A stretch of 64,000 bases of DNA. It comes from Dendrobates tinctorius (taxonomy: Eukaryota). Below are positions 40,871 through 51,931 of the stretch, in pieces. The notes under the pieces were generated by a model. That model saw nothing but the letters and a program-made list of their open reading frames with translations. It ran no database searches and was not told where the DNA came from. A program made the position numbers and the translations under genes. Location: positions 20,708,001 to 20,772,000 of the forward strand of contig NW_027361727.1 of NCBI RefSeq assembly GCF_039654945.1, given 5' to 3'. The first letter of the stretch is position 1. Each line of letters begins with the position of its first letter.

Positions 40871-42001
40871 AGAGCCACGCCCCCGACCTGTAATAAGCAG
40901 AGCTGAAAGAGTAAGTGGAAGAGAGGGGGTCTGATCACCTAGGGGGCCCTCTCCTACCTGGCCTAGGCGGATGCGTTTCCCGGTCTCTCAGGACAAGTGC
41001 GTACGAAGTGATTGGCCCCTCCACAATATAAACAGAGTCCATTAGTCATCCTCTCCTTGCGCCGTTGTTCGGACAGCTTGATGCGATCCACCTGCATAGG
41101 CTCAGGAGCGGAGTTACTAGAGGGAGCAACAGCGCACGGAATGGGGGCTTGGTATAACCTAAAGGGCCTCCTCTCCCTGGCTGACTCTCTAGCGCGTTCC
41201 TGAAAACGCAGATCAATACGAGTAGCTAGAGAGATGAGATCTTCCAGGGTGGTTGGGGAGTCACGCCCGGCCAACTCATCCTTGATCTTACTAGAAAGAC
41301 CTCTCCAAAAGGCACCTACAAGGGCTTCATTATTCCACCCTAGCTCCGAGGACAGGGTCCGGAAACGGATGGCGTATTGCCCTACCGTCAGGGATCCCTG
41401 GCGAAGGTTAAAGAGGGCCTCCGTAGTGGAAGCAAGGCGCCCGGGTTCATCAAATACCTTGCGAAATGTCTCCAAAAAACTCTGGATACTGGTGACCACC
41501 GGGTCATCCCTCTCCCATTAGGGATTCACCCAAGCCAGCGCCTCTCCCTCAAGATGGGACACTATAAAGGCCACCTTAGCGCGGTCCGTGGGATATTGTT
41601 GGGGCAGGAGTTCAAAGTGCAGTCTGCACTGGTTTAAAAATCCCCTACACAACTTCGGGTCCCCACTATACCTGGGCGGTTTTCCAAGGCGGAGAGGAGG
41701 AGCTGAGACAGCGTCCCGCGGTTGGGTAGAGACGGCCGCAGAGGACTGTAGAGCAAGCAGTCGATCATCCACGGACGCCATGTACCCCAGAATGTGAGAT
41801 TGAGCGTCGCGCTGCTGCGCGAGCTCCTGCTGGAGACTGGCTAAGAGGGGGGCGTGCCCAGAGTCAGTGGTTTGCAGGGTGGAAAGCCGGGTGTCCATGG
41901 ATTTCATGAAGGACATAATCCGGGTCTGATTTTCCCTTAAAAACAGCAGTTCCTTTTGAGTGGCAGCCGTGGCACCGGCGGGGTCCATGGCCTGATGATA
42001 C

Positions 42002-42826
42002 TGTGACGTTTTTAGGTAAAAAAGCTACGTCGGAGAGTGGACCCTCTGGATCGCGGATCCGGAGCCCCCGGGCCGAGCACTCCAGGGGAAGACCGACCCC
42101 TATACAGGGATCGTTTGGGGCAGGACCACAGGGCACGGAAGCGCAACAGCCGGAACCAAGAGGGACGGCTCCACGGACAAAAAGGACTAGGGAGAAGGAT
42201 GGCTTAGATACGGACCCTGGACTGACGGACAGAGGAATGTAACACAGGGCACGACAGGGAGGCAGAGCACGGACAAGAGGAACTACAGAGGCATGTAACA
42301 CAGGCAAGGCAGGGAGAGAGCATGGACAAGAGGAACTACTGAGGCAAGGAACACTGGCAAGGCAGGGAGAGAGCATGGACAAGAGGAACTACTGAGGCAA
42401 GGAACACTGGGCACGGCAGGGAGGCAGTGAGACAGGGAGTGGACAATAGGAACTACAGAGGACTGTAACACTGGGCAAGGCAGGGAGGCAGAGAGACAGG
42501 GAGTGGACAATAGAAACTACAGAGGACTGTAGCGGCCAGAGGGTGCAGGAGACTACACGATCATCAGGCGTCCTCCTTACAGCGAGGACGCCTGAAGTAT
42601 CCTAACACCCGGAAGTGCGTCCCCCTGTCCTGCCCCTCAGCGCCGCCCACCGCTGGAGGGAGAGAGCGGGAGGGGGCGTGCGCGCGACAGGGAGCGGGTG
42701 CCAGGAGCCGCTGTGAGGAGGATCGCAGGACGGGCGCGCGCCTGGACGGGGGCGCGCAGGTAAGAGGAAGCTGCGGCGTGCGCTGCTGCGCGAGGGACAT
42801 CGGTGGGCATAGCCGCCGATGTCACA
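42002..42826 (-). repeat. 5' LTR of the chromovirus
   Basis: Near-identical to 36971-37715 but 80 bp longer (extra repeat units). Followed on the minus strand by the PBS and the gag ATG at 41988. Confidence 0.95.
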
Positions 42827-43625
42827 TCAAGACCTTTCTTCAGGGCGTGGCCCACACGGCTCCTCCGTACCGAGCGCCCGTGGATCCTTGGGATCTTAAT
42901 CTGGTTCTTGAGGTTCTGCAAGGTCCTCCTTTTGAACCTCTCAGGGATGTTTCCCTTTCTCTCCTTTCTTGGAAGGTGGCTTTTCTGGTGGCGATCACTT
43001 CCATCCGGCGCGTCGGAATTGGCGGCTCTTTCTTGCCGCTCTCCCTTTTTGGTACTTCACCAGGACAAGGTAGTTCTGCGGCCTCCGCCCTCTTTCCTTC
43101 CGAAGGTGGTGTCCTCGTTTCACCTCAATGAGGACATTGTTCTGCCATCCTTCTGTCCGAGTCCAACTCATCCTCGGGAGCGGTCCTTGAACAAGCTGGA
43201 CCTGGTCAGGGCGATGAGAGTCTATCTATCTAGGACGACTTCCTTGCGAAAGACAGAGTCTCTCTTCATCATTCCAGATGGGGCGCGGAAAGGTCACCCA
43301 GCTTCAAAGGCCACTATTGCTCGCTGGATCAGATCGGCAATTTTGGAGGCCTACTGAGTTAAGCATCGAGTGGCTCCTCCGGGGATCAGAGCGCACTCTA
43401 CCCGGGCAGTGGGTGCCTCCGGGGCGGTACGCCACAGAGCTTCCGCGCTGCAGCTTTGCAAAGCTGCAACCTGGTCATCGGTTCACACGTTTGTGAAATT
43501 CTACAAAGTCCACACCTACGCTTCGGCGGATGCCAGCCTAGGTAGAAGTATTGTGCAGGCTGCGGTGGTGAGTCCACTGGCCTGATGGAAGTTTGTTTCC
43601 CACCCCAGGGAGTGCTTTGGGACGT

Positions 43626-43725
43626 CCCATGGTCTCTGTGTCCCCCAATAAGGCGAACGAGAAAACAGGATTTTTGGGTTGCTTACCGTAAAATCTGTTT
43701 CTCGGAGCCTTCATTGGGGGACACA
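43626..43725 (+). repeat. DIRS internal complementary region (ICR)
   Basis: The first half (..cccccaataaggcgaacgagaaa) is complementary to the left terminus and the second half (acaggatttt...gcttaccgtaaaatctgtttctcggagcc..) to the right terminus. Confidence 0.92.
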
Positions 43726-44567
43726 TCACCCTCCCATGTTCTACAACTCCTGTTCTTACTTTGGTTGTTTGGTTACAGTTGAGTTGTTTGTTCAGTTTTC
43801 GATCTATTCTGTCACTTCTACTGCTTTCTCACTAACTGAGGAATTCCCTGCCGGTCGGTGGGGTGTACACTGCGGAGGAGGAGCTAACCTTTTTTGTGCA
43901 TAGTGTCAGCCTCCTAGTGGCAGCAGCATACACCCATGGTCTCTGTGTCCCCCAATGAAGGCTCCGAGAAACAGATTTTACGGTAAGCAACCAAAAAATC
44001 CTGTTTTTGACCGCTCTGTGATCCTCATATAAATAATGGAAATGCATGTGTTTTTATTTTTTATTACTATTTCACCATATTTTAAACTACATTTCATCCC
44101 CTAAAATAAGAATGCCTGGTATGGCCGAGGAAAGAAAGATAAGGTTCTGTTTCATGGAAGAGGAGGAAATAGAGATGTAAAAAAAAATAAATTCTGGTCA
44201 TGGTGTGAAGAGGTTAAAGCAAGATGTGTCAATACTGTGATTCCACAAAAATTGCTGTGAAAAAAAAAAAAAAGCTTTGAGCCCAGTGTGTGAATGGGCC
44301 CTTATTGTCAGCCAGAATCCTGATGATGTGCTCATTTGTGTCATGTGATTGGTCCCAGCCAGTCAACAGCTAGGAAGAGAGTCGTGACAAGCACAGTGGT
44401 CACATGATGCATTGGACAGCTGATGATTGGCTGACAAGGATCACGTGATATTACTGCTAGGGGCTTTTCGGTTGCATGGTGCACAGTGGCAGGTTCTGCA
44501 CCGGAGCTCTGTTTTCTGCTGCTGGTGGACTCCCTCTCCTGCAGCCACCGGGAGGCGAGTTTACACT

Positions 44568-44822
44568 TCGCAGGTGAAGGTTGTAGTGGGGAGTGGCAGC
44601 CTTTGGGAGCTGCAGCACTGATTGGTTGATCAGGGCAGTGAAGGCTGTGCATTTAGGAGCGCGCTCAGTTCTTGAGGCAGGCTTGGAAGGCGTTCATTCA
44701 GGAATGCGCATTTCTACCTCTTGGCGCGCATTCAGGAGCGCGCATTTCTATCTCTTGGCGCGCATTCAGGAGTGCACATTTCTACCTCTTGGCGCGCATT
44801 CAGGAGCGCGCATTTCTGCCTC
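44568..44822 (-). repeat. Diverged inverted copy of the TTC17 upstream segment 58598-58765, with a 32-bp unit locally expanded to about 4 copies
   Basis: The reverse complement reads gaggcagaaatgcgcgctcctgaatgcgcgc...gcctgcctcaagaactgagcgcgctcctaaatgcacagccttcactgccctgatcaaccaatcagtgctgcagctcccaaagg...ctacaaccttcacctgcga, colinear with 58598-58765. Confidence 0.85.
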
Positions 44823-45425
44823 TCCACCGTTTGCCACTCTGCCGTATGATGATCCGTATTGTACCTGTAGTAAGCTGTTGCCTTTCTTCCCAGGTGCTGC
44901 GTCTCCTGGAAGGTGTGGTTTTGCCAGAGCTGCTGATTCAATTAGCCACATTGGCCATCTCGGAGACTGCGGATGACCTGAAAAGTCAGGTAATGCTATG
45001 TACAAGCTCTCGTGTCCTTCTCTATGTATCTATGATATTTTTTGGTGAGTGACCAGATGTCTCCTGATTGTAGGCGACTTTGAGGACTCGTATCTTCAAG
45101 TATCACCTGGATTTGGGACACAGCCAGTTGTACGACGCTCTTGCGCATATTTCTGATCGCAGTAGGTGAGACTGAGGTCTGACAGCTCATGTTGTGGGGC
45201 GGAGGTGTGTACGTTGTGCCTGAGCCTTAGACCCCAGCATTTGCTCCATACATGTTCAAATGGAGGATGGAAGCATCTCCTTTGCGTGTCAGGCCCCGAT
45301 CATGAGCCGCTCCGTACACCCGCTCCTGGCCTGTAGTGTACATTCACCTCAATGGTTGGGAATGTATTAAAGGCACTGCAGGAAATAGCAATGGGCAGAA
45401 ACATCACAGTGACCCCACTTGTTAA

Positions 45426-46381
45426 AGTGAACCTGTCACGTCGTTTTGGCCCTGTATGCTGCGGCATTCTATAATGCTGTAGATAAGCCCCAGATCTAAC
45501 CTGAAATAGAAGAAAAACAAGTTTTATTATACTCACCCTGGGGCGGTCCGGTCCGATGGGTGTCTCAGGTCTGGGTCCGGCGCCTCCCATCTTCATGCGA
45601 TGTCATCATCCTCCTTGCTTCGTACAAATGACAGAAAAAACTGACGGCACATCCTAGTCTGAACAGGTGCATACCATAAAAAACAGCTTACATATCAAAA
45701 TAAGGAAATGGTTGCACTCAATTGCATTAAGGCATGTCAAATATATGAAATGTGAATATCATAATGGCTTTTGAAATTTAGAAAAAACATATGAGATACT
45801 TAGCACAAAATTTGGCCAAAAGATGTGAGCCCATTCACCAACGTCAAGGTGATCTCATTGAACGGGTCCCTCTTCTCACTACCTTATGTGAACTACTGGC
45901 TAATAACAAGATAAAGCATATATTTATAGGAAAAGACATTATGCTATTCACATTTCATATATTTCATATTTGATATGCCTCCTTGCTTCGTGTCACGGCT
46001 CCTACGCAGGCATATTTCTTTGCCCTATTGAGGGCAGAGCAGAGTACTGCAGTGCGCAGGCGCTGGGCCTCTCTGACTTTTCCCGGGGCCTGCACACTGC
46101 AGTACTCTGCTCTGCCCTCAATAGGGCAAAGAAGTACGCCTGCGCAGGAGCCGTGACACGAAGCAAGGAGGAGGACGTCATCGCATGAAGATGGGAGGCA
46201 GTGGACCCGGACCTGCGATGCCCATGGGACCGGACCGCCCCCGGGGGAGTATAATAAAGCTTGTTTTTCTTCTCATTCAGGTTAGATCGGGGGCTTATCT
46301 ACAGCATTACAGAATACTGTAGATAAGCCCTGAAAGGCAGTGGCTGCATCTTACAGGGCCAAAACGATGTGACAGGTTCCC
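45426..46381. mobile_element. Palindromic Kolobok/T2-like MITE carrying a secondary insertion (45624-45977)
   Basis: TTAA|AGTGAACCTGTCAC...GTGACAGGTTCCC; shares the gctgtagataagcccc..tatactcacc arms with the 60763-61255 element. Confidence 0.8.
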
Positions 46382-48886
46382 GATAACCCTCACTTAGCCA
46401 GAGTAGGTGCCCAGTTACACGCTGCGGTCAGGAGCGCTGGAATATTAGGGTCTGGTTGGTTCCTCATCCCACGTCCTCCCGTTTTGCAGACAGCTGGATT
46501 GCCTTCAGCAATCAGGAACTTGTGGAATTCCCTTACGTGAATTTACAGAGTGAGGTGGTCGTCACCCGGCCGGATCCATCATCTTCTTACCGAGCCAGCT
46601 GGTATATCATTGCTGTGTCTCCCTCAGGTTTTGAGCATCATTGAAGCTCGGGCTCGAGCCGTGGATCTGCTGACCCATAATACTACAAGCTCCTGTATGC
46701 TTTCCATATTCATCGGCACAACTATCGGAAAGGTATCGGGGGGTTTTACTTTTCTGATCTTAGCTCTAGTAAGAGATTGTATTAGAAATTCTGGAGCCGC
46801 TGATTTTAGGACCCTACATTCCTCCTGTGCGTTATGTGAAGCCTCTCCGCTTTACCTGGTCCAGCGCGGAATCTCCACTGCTGCTCTTGGTGTATTGTCT
46901 GCCACGCTAACATCACGTTGACACCGCTGCAGACAATCAGTGTGCTAAGTTGCGGGCATGAGCCACTCTGATCATCTGTACTTATGATTGGCTCCACATT
47001 GCAGCCATTTAGTAGAGAAGTTTTTAGTTTGTCTTTGCACACAGAGGGGAGGCACACTCGGGGGTCAGGTAGTTATCCGTCGTATTTGGGATTGTCCCCT
47101 CTAGTGATCTCCATTTCTCTTGTGATTTCCATCTCTGCTGAATGTCATTGTCACCTTCCTCAGCCGGCACCGTGATGTTTGAGTACGGGATGTGTCTTGG
47201 CAGAGAGGTCCGAACTCTTAGAGGTCTTCAGAAGCCAGTGAATGCACACCTGGCGTCTCTGAACCCTCTGCAGCTTATACGGCCCCAATACGCCAGGATT
47301 GTGCAGCCTGCGTCGGGGGCAGTGGGAAAGAGATTTATACTTACAGGGGATTTCCTGCCTAGGGGTGGATTCTCATCTCAGGCGTTCACGGGAATATCTG
47401 TCAGTAAGCACAAGTGTATGCCATTTATTATTATAGCGCCATTTTTTATGATAGCACCATTTATTGCATTACGCTGTAATACGCCATTTTCCAAACTCGT
47501 CATTAAGAGTCACAGATCCGGCGCAGCACAGCCATATCTGTAGCTTCAACCCTTACACTGATATTGGGGTCCAAGCCGTGAACGATCACTGTCTATGAGC
47601 TGGTCGTGCAATGTCATTTCTGTAAGTGGATGAGCTCCGGCCGATATGTCTGTAACTCTGAACACGTGACATATTCCCATCTGTGACTGAGATAAGAAAG
47701 CCCCTTTAATTTACTTAGAGACCCTACATAACCAGAGCAATTTATTTTGCATGATCCAGATTGATAAACTTCTCCTTTTAGAAACTTCTGTTATAAATTT
47801 GTACTGGCGCACCCTGGTGTTCTGTGGGACCCTATGCTCGGTGCTGGTGATCACACGTGCCCCGTGTGTACATGGGCAGAGGAGTGATTCCTGCAGACAG
47901 GGACGCTGCAAAAAAGTGGACGTTCTGATAGGGATTCAACCAAACACAATGGTGCGCCGTAACAAGAAACGTAACTTCTAGCCACCGGTAAATAAAAAAA
48001 TGTTTGCAAGATGAACAGAGAAAATAAAAGTAATTTTCAGCAAATCCATTTACAGGGGTCGTCCAGGGTTAAAAAATATGGCTGCTGTATTAGAAACAGC
48101 GCCACCCTTGTTCGTTGTGTCTGTCCGTGGTATGGCAGCACAGCGTTATTGACTAATGGGGCTTCTTTGCAGTACGAGACAACTTATGGTCTCGGGGCGG
48201 TGTGAGTGAAAGCAGCAACGTAGTAAAAAGCAGCGATGTAACTGGTCACTTCAAGGAGAGAAAAAAGGGGACTCGCTTATCAATGAGGGTTAATTAACAA
48301 AAAAGGTTTAATTCCATAAATCCATTTAAGTCATGGATTGGTTCTACCAGTGTTTTATATAGACGCCTTCAAGGATCTGTTCACAGCTGCAGTAAATGGC
48401 CGGCTCTTCCTGTGATTTAACTCTTGACGATACGATGCATTTTCCTTTATTTTAAGTAGGAGCGTCTCCGAAAAGCAACCACGAAGGCGAGTCCTTGTCC
48501 CTTCCCGGTAAGTGTGTTCTCCGGTTCTCACAAACTCTCTGGTCGTTCTCTGTCACATCGCTAATGGCCGTCCTGCATTTACCAGGTGGAAGTCAGGTGG
48601 AGATTCTGGAGCTGTGGGATTTGAAGAAGGAATTTGTCCTGTCCCGGACACGGCTGACCTTGGCTCGGCATGATAATAATGTGGCCACAATAGCCGGTAA
48701 GGATCCATCTCATCAGACAGTATAATAAATGTGCAGAGGAGGCCGAGGACTCGGAGACGTAATCGGCCTTTATGAAACTGAAGGGCAGGAATAAAGGTGC
48801 AAATTCAGGAGAACGAATATCTGCTCCTGGACTACAGTCCTCATCATTTCATGGGGTTATCCCTCCTGTATTAGCTACAACACACA

Positions 48887-50430
48887 GCAGCCTCCGCTCT
48901 ATGGCACCGGCCCTATCTGTCCATTACACGTCACTTTTCCTCCAGCAACCTCCGCTCTATGGGGCCGACCCCGTCCATCCATTACACGTCACATTTCCTC
49001 CAGCAACCTCCGCTCTATGGGGCTGACCCTGTCTGTCCATTACACGTCATATTTCATCCAGCAACCTCCACTCTATGGGGCCGACCCCGTCCGTCCATGT
49101 CACATTTCTTCCAGCAGCCGCCGCTCTATGGGGCAGACCCTGTCCGTCCATTACATGTCACATTTCTTCCAGCAGCCTCCGCTCTATGGCTCTGACCCTG
49201 TCCCTCCATTACACGTCACATTTCCTCCAGCAGCCTCCGCTCTATGGCTCTGACCCTGTCCCTCCATTACACGTCACATTTCCTCCAGCAGCCTCCGCTC
49301 TATGGGGCCGACCCTGTCCGTCCATTACACGTCACATTTCCTCCAGCAACCTCCACTCTATGGGGCCGACCCCGTCCGTCCATTACACGTCACATTTCTT
49401 CCAGCAGCCTCCGCTCTATGGGGCCGACCCTGTCCGTCCATTACACGTCACATTTCCTCCAGCAACCTCCGCTCTATGGGGCCGACCCTGTCCGTCCATT
49501 ACACGTCACATTTCCTCCAGCAACCTCCGCTCTATGGGGCCGACCCTGTCTGTTCATTACACGTCACATTTCCTACAGCAGCCTCCGCTCTATGGGGCCG
49601 ACCCCGTCCGTCCATTACGCATCACATTTCTTCCAGCAACCTCCGCTCTATGGGGCTGACCCCGTCCGTCCATTACGCGTCACATTTCCTCCAGCAGCCT
49701 CCGCTCTATGGGGCCGACCCCGTCCGTCCATTACGCGTCACATTTCCTCCAGCAGCCTCCGCTCTATGGGGCCGACCCCGTCCGTCCATTACGCGTCACA
49801 TTTCCTCCAGCAACCTCCGCTCTATGGGGCCGACCCCGTCCGTCCATTACACGTCACATTTCCTCCAGCAGCCTCCGCTCTATGGGGCCGACCCCGTCCG
49901 TCCATTACGCGTCACATTTCCTCCTGCAGCCTCCGCTCTATGGGGCCGACCCCGTCCGTCCATTACGCATCACATTTCCTCCAGCAGCCTCCTCTCTATG
50001 GGGCCGACCCCGTCCGTCCATTACGCGTCACATTTCCTCCAGCAGCCTCCGCTCTATGGGGCCGACCCCGTCCGTCCATTACGCGTCACATTTCCTCCAG
50101 CAGCCTCCGCTCTATGGGGCCGACCCCGTCCGTCCATTACGCGTCACATTTCCTCCAGCAACCTCCGCTCTATGGGGCCGACCCCGTCCGTCCATTACAC
50201 GTCACATTTCCTCCAGCAACCTCCGCTCTATGGGGCCGACCCCGTCCGTCCATTACGCGTCACATTTCCTCCAGCAACCTCCGCTCTATGGGGCCGACCC
50301 CGTCCGTCCATTACGCGTCACATTTCCTCCAGCAGCCTCCGCTCTATGGGGCCGACTCCGTCCGTCCATTACGCGTCACATTTCCTCCAGCAGCCTCCGC
50401 TCTATGGCTCTGACCCCGTCCTTCCATTAT
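48887..50430 (+). repeat. 58-bp minisatellite, about 26 copies
   Basis: Unit CAGCAGCCTCCGCTCTATGGGGCCGACCCCGTCCGTCCATTACGCGTCACATTTCCTC. Confidence 0.97.
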
Positions 50431-51931
50431 GAAGGTCAGCAGTCTGGAATCCGGCATCAGACAGAGTTTGGAGACTCCAGATTGTTGAATTGTATCACAC
50501 AGCAGAAAAACTCTTTGTGGTCCATTGTCCCATATAACACATACATACATTATCTACATGAGGCACAATTGTTAAAGGGGTCGTACAGAATTTGGAAAAC
50601 ATTCTCTTTGGAGCTGAGCTGTAATACCTGACACAACCTGTAGACTAAGGTGGCACTGTTTTTAAAGGAAAGCTGCCATGATTTTTAATCTTTTCCATCC
50701 TGTATACTTCTCACCAGTGGCCTCTGTCCGCCTTGTCTCCTTTGGTTTGGCTGCCGTATTCCCCCATCGATCACCTTCTGCAAGCGCTGGAAGAGAATAA
50801 CAGTCTGCTAAACCGAGAGGTAAGAGGCGCAGTCACCGTCACACATGTGTGTGGTGTTTGGGGAGCTTGGTATATGCTCCGATTATAGGACTTTTCCCCC
50901 ATTAGTCGCTGTACATTCTGCCGCCTTCCTTACCGGATGCCACGATAGGCCCCATTCTAAGTCTGTGCTGCCTGGTGCTACTGGGATGATTGACATGTAA
51001 GGATGAGAACCGGAAAAGCCAAAGCTTGTCCTCCGCATGTGCCTGGACTCCCTGACCGTTAATGGCGAGAATTCACAACTCATGACCGTGGTGACTAATG
51101 GTGATGTCATTCATGGTGACGTAATGCCACACTCACAAACTGTGAGGGATTAGAGCCATGGCAGCCGGGCTCAGACCATGTGTGCACCATTAATGTTTTC
51201 CTCCATTTCCTCTACAGCTGCCGGAGAAGCTCAGTGACAAACTTGACTACTACTTTCAGAAGTTGGGAGACTCCACGCCGCATCTGCTCAGCCAATGGAG
51301 AAGCTAGGGCCGCTCTGTGCTCCATGGTTTTCCCCTTTTGTATCTGTATTTAGTCATTTTTGTTCAATAAAATGTAATATTTTCTATGTTTTTGCAATCT
51401 GGAGTCGCTGGTTTTTCGGTAATGGGCCGTGTTCTCAGTGTTAGATAAGTTACATCAAGTTTATGGCTTATATTAATTAAACGGCTAGCAGACTCCTCCC
51501 CTCCCACTAAGCCCTGCCCACTTTTTAGAACTGTGTCATAAAGGTGGGTCCAGCTGGCAGAGAGTAAGTAATGGCATCTTGTAGCTGCTTGCAAGCAGTG
51601 AATTGAAACATCCCTGTTCTTGCATGAACACAACTGCCACAATATAAACACGAGCGGCTCGTGGTCCTCGTCCTCACGGGTCTCTTGAGTCCAGATGTCA
51701 TCAGTACGGCCGTCGATGTTGTGCTGAGCTGCTGCAGCAGCGTTGGAGGGGCTGCCATGGTGGGCATGAGCTTTCATCCCTTGAGCTCTTCTCTTTTTAA
51801 AGAGGTTGTCCAGGACTGTGTCTGTGACGGTCTCTCCTTAGAATAGGTCATCTGTGTGTGATCAGTGGGGGGTGCGACACTGGCAACTCCGCCTATCAGT
51901 TGTTGACCGGAACTTGTCAGTCCCTGCGCTG

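Larger units (their letters stand above)
36971..42826 (-). mobile_element. Ty3/Gypsy chromovirus (Tf1/sushi-like) LTR retrotransposon, full length, defective
   Basis: TG...CA LTRs 36971-37715 and 42002-42826, TSD TCAAG (36966-36970, 42827-42831), PPT next to 37716. Gag 41988-40963 with CCHC and an internal stop, protease (VDSGA), RT (YLDD), RNase H, integrase and C-terminal chromodomain, broken by several frameshifts or stops. Confidence 0.97.
36670..43585 (+). pseudogene. DIRS tyrosine recombinase, split by the LTR insertion (pieces about 36670-36970 and 42832-43585)
   Basis: ARKPSS..IYYRTWK N-terminal part, then TFLQG..PWDLNLVL, TSIRRV/SEL, AHSTR and TF.KFY. The frame is continuous across the TSD; further frameshift near 43015 and stop at 43355. 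Confidence 0.88.
32302..44008 (+). mobile_element. DIRS1-type tyrosine-recombinase retrotransposon, full length but defective, interrupted by an LTR element
   Basis: Left ITR starts TTTCTCGTTCGCC (32302), inverted right ITR about 43840-43970 plus terminal extension to 44008, ICR 43626-43725. Contains gag-like ORF1, RT (YLDD)/RNase H (TTDAS..GWG)/methyltransferase-like (DLLAS..YLFPP) and recombinase motifs. Confidence 0.95.
44894..51371 (+). pseudogene. NUP160: Unprocessed (intron-containing) partial pseudogene of nucleoporin NUP160, C-terminal exons
   Basis: Pseudo-exons 44894-44989 (VLRLLEGVVLPELLIQLATLAISETADDLKSQ), 45074-45165 (ATLRTRIFKYHLDLGHSQLYDAL), 46490-46554 (QLDCL..ELVEFPYVNLQSE, frameshifting deletion), 46628-46732 (SIIEARARAVDLLTH/YYKLLYAFHIHRHNYRK, 1-nt deletion), 47164-47324 (GTVMFEYGMCLGREVRTLRGL, donor reads GG), 48457-48507 (starts TAG, GASPKSNHEGE), 48586-48696 (QVEILEL..RLTLARHD), 50718-50819 (PLVWLPYSPIDHLLQALEEN), 51218-51307 (stop), then AATAAA at 51366-51371. 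Confidence 0.9.

Noticed and set aside
46490-46732. Two NUP160 frameshifts that sum to about 33 nt and could restore frame
   Set aside because: The shifted frame hits TGA at 46551-46553 before the second frameshift.
49075-50631. Overlapping ORFs of 200-390 aa
   Set aside because: The 58-bp unit cycles through all three frames; repeat artefact.
51364-51846. 137-aa minus-strand ORF after the NUP160 fragment
   Set aside because: No recognisable family, motif or exon structure.
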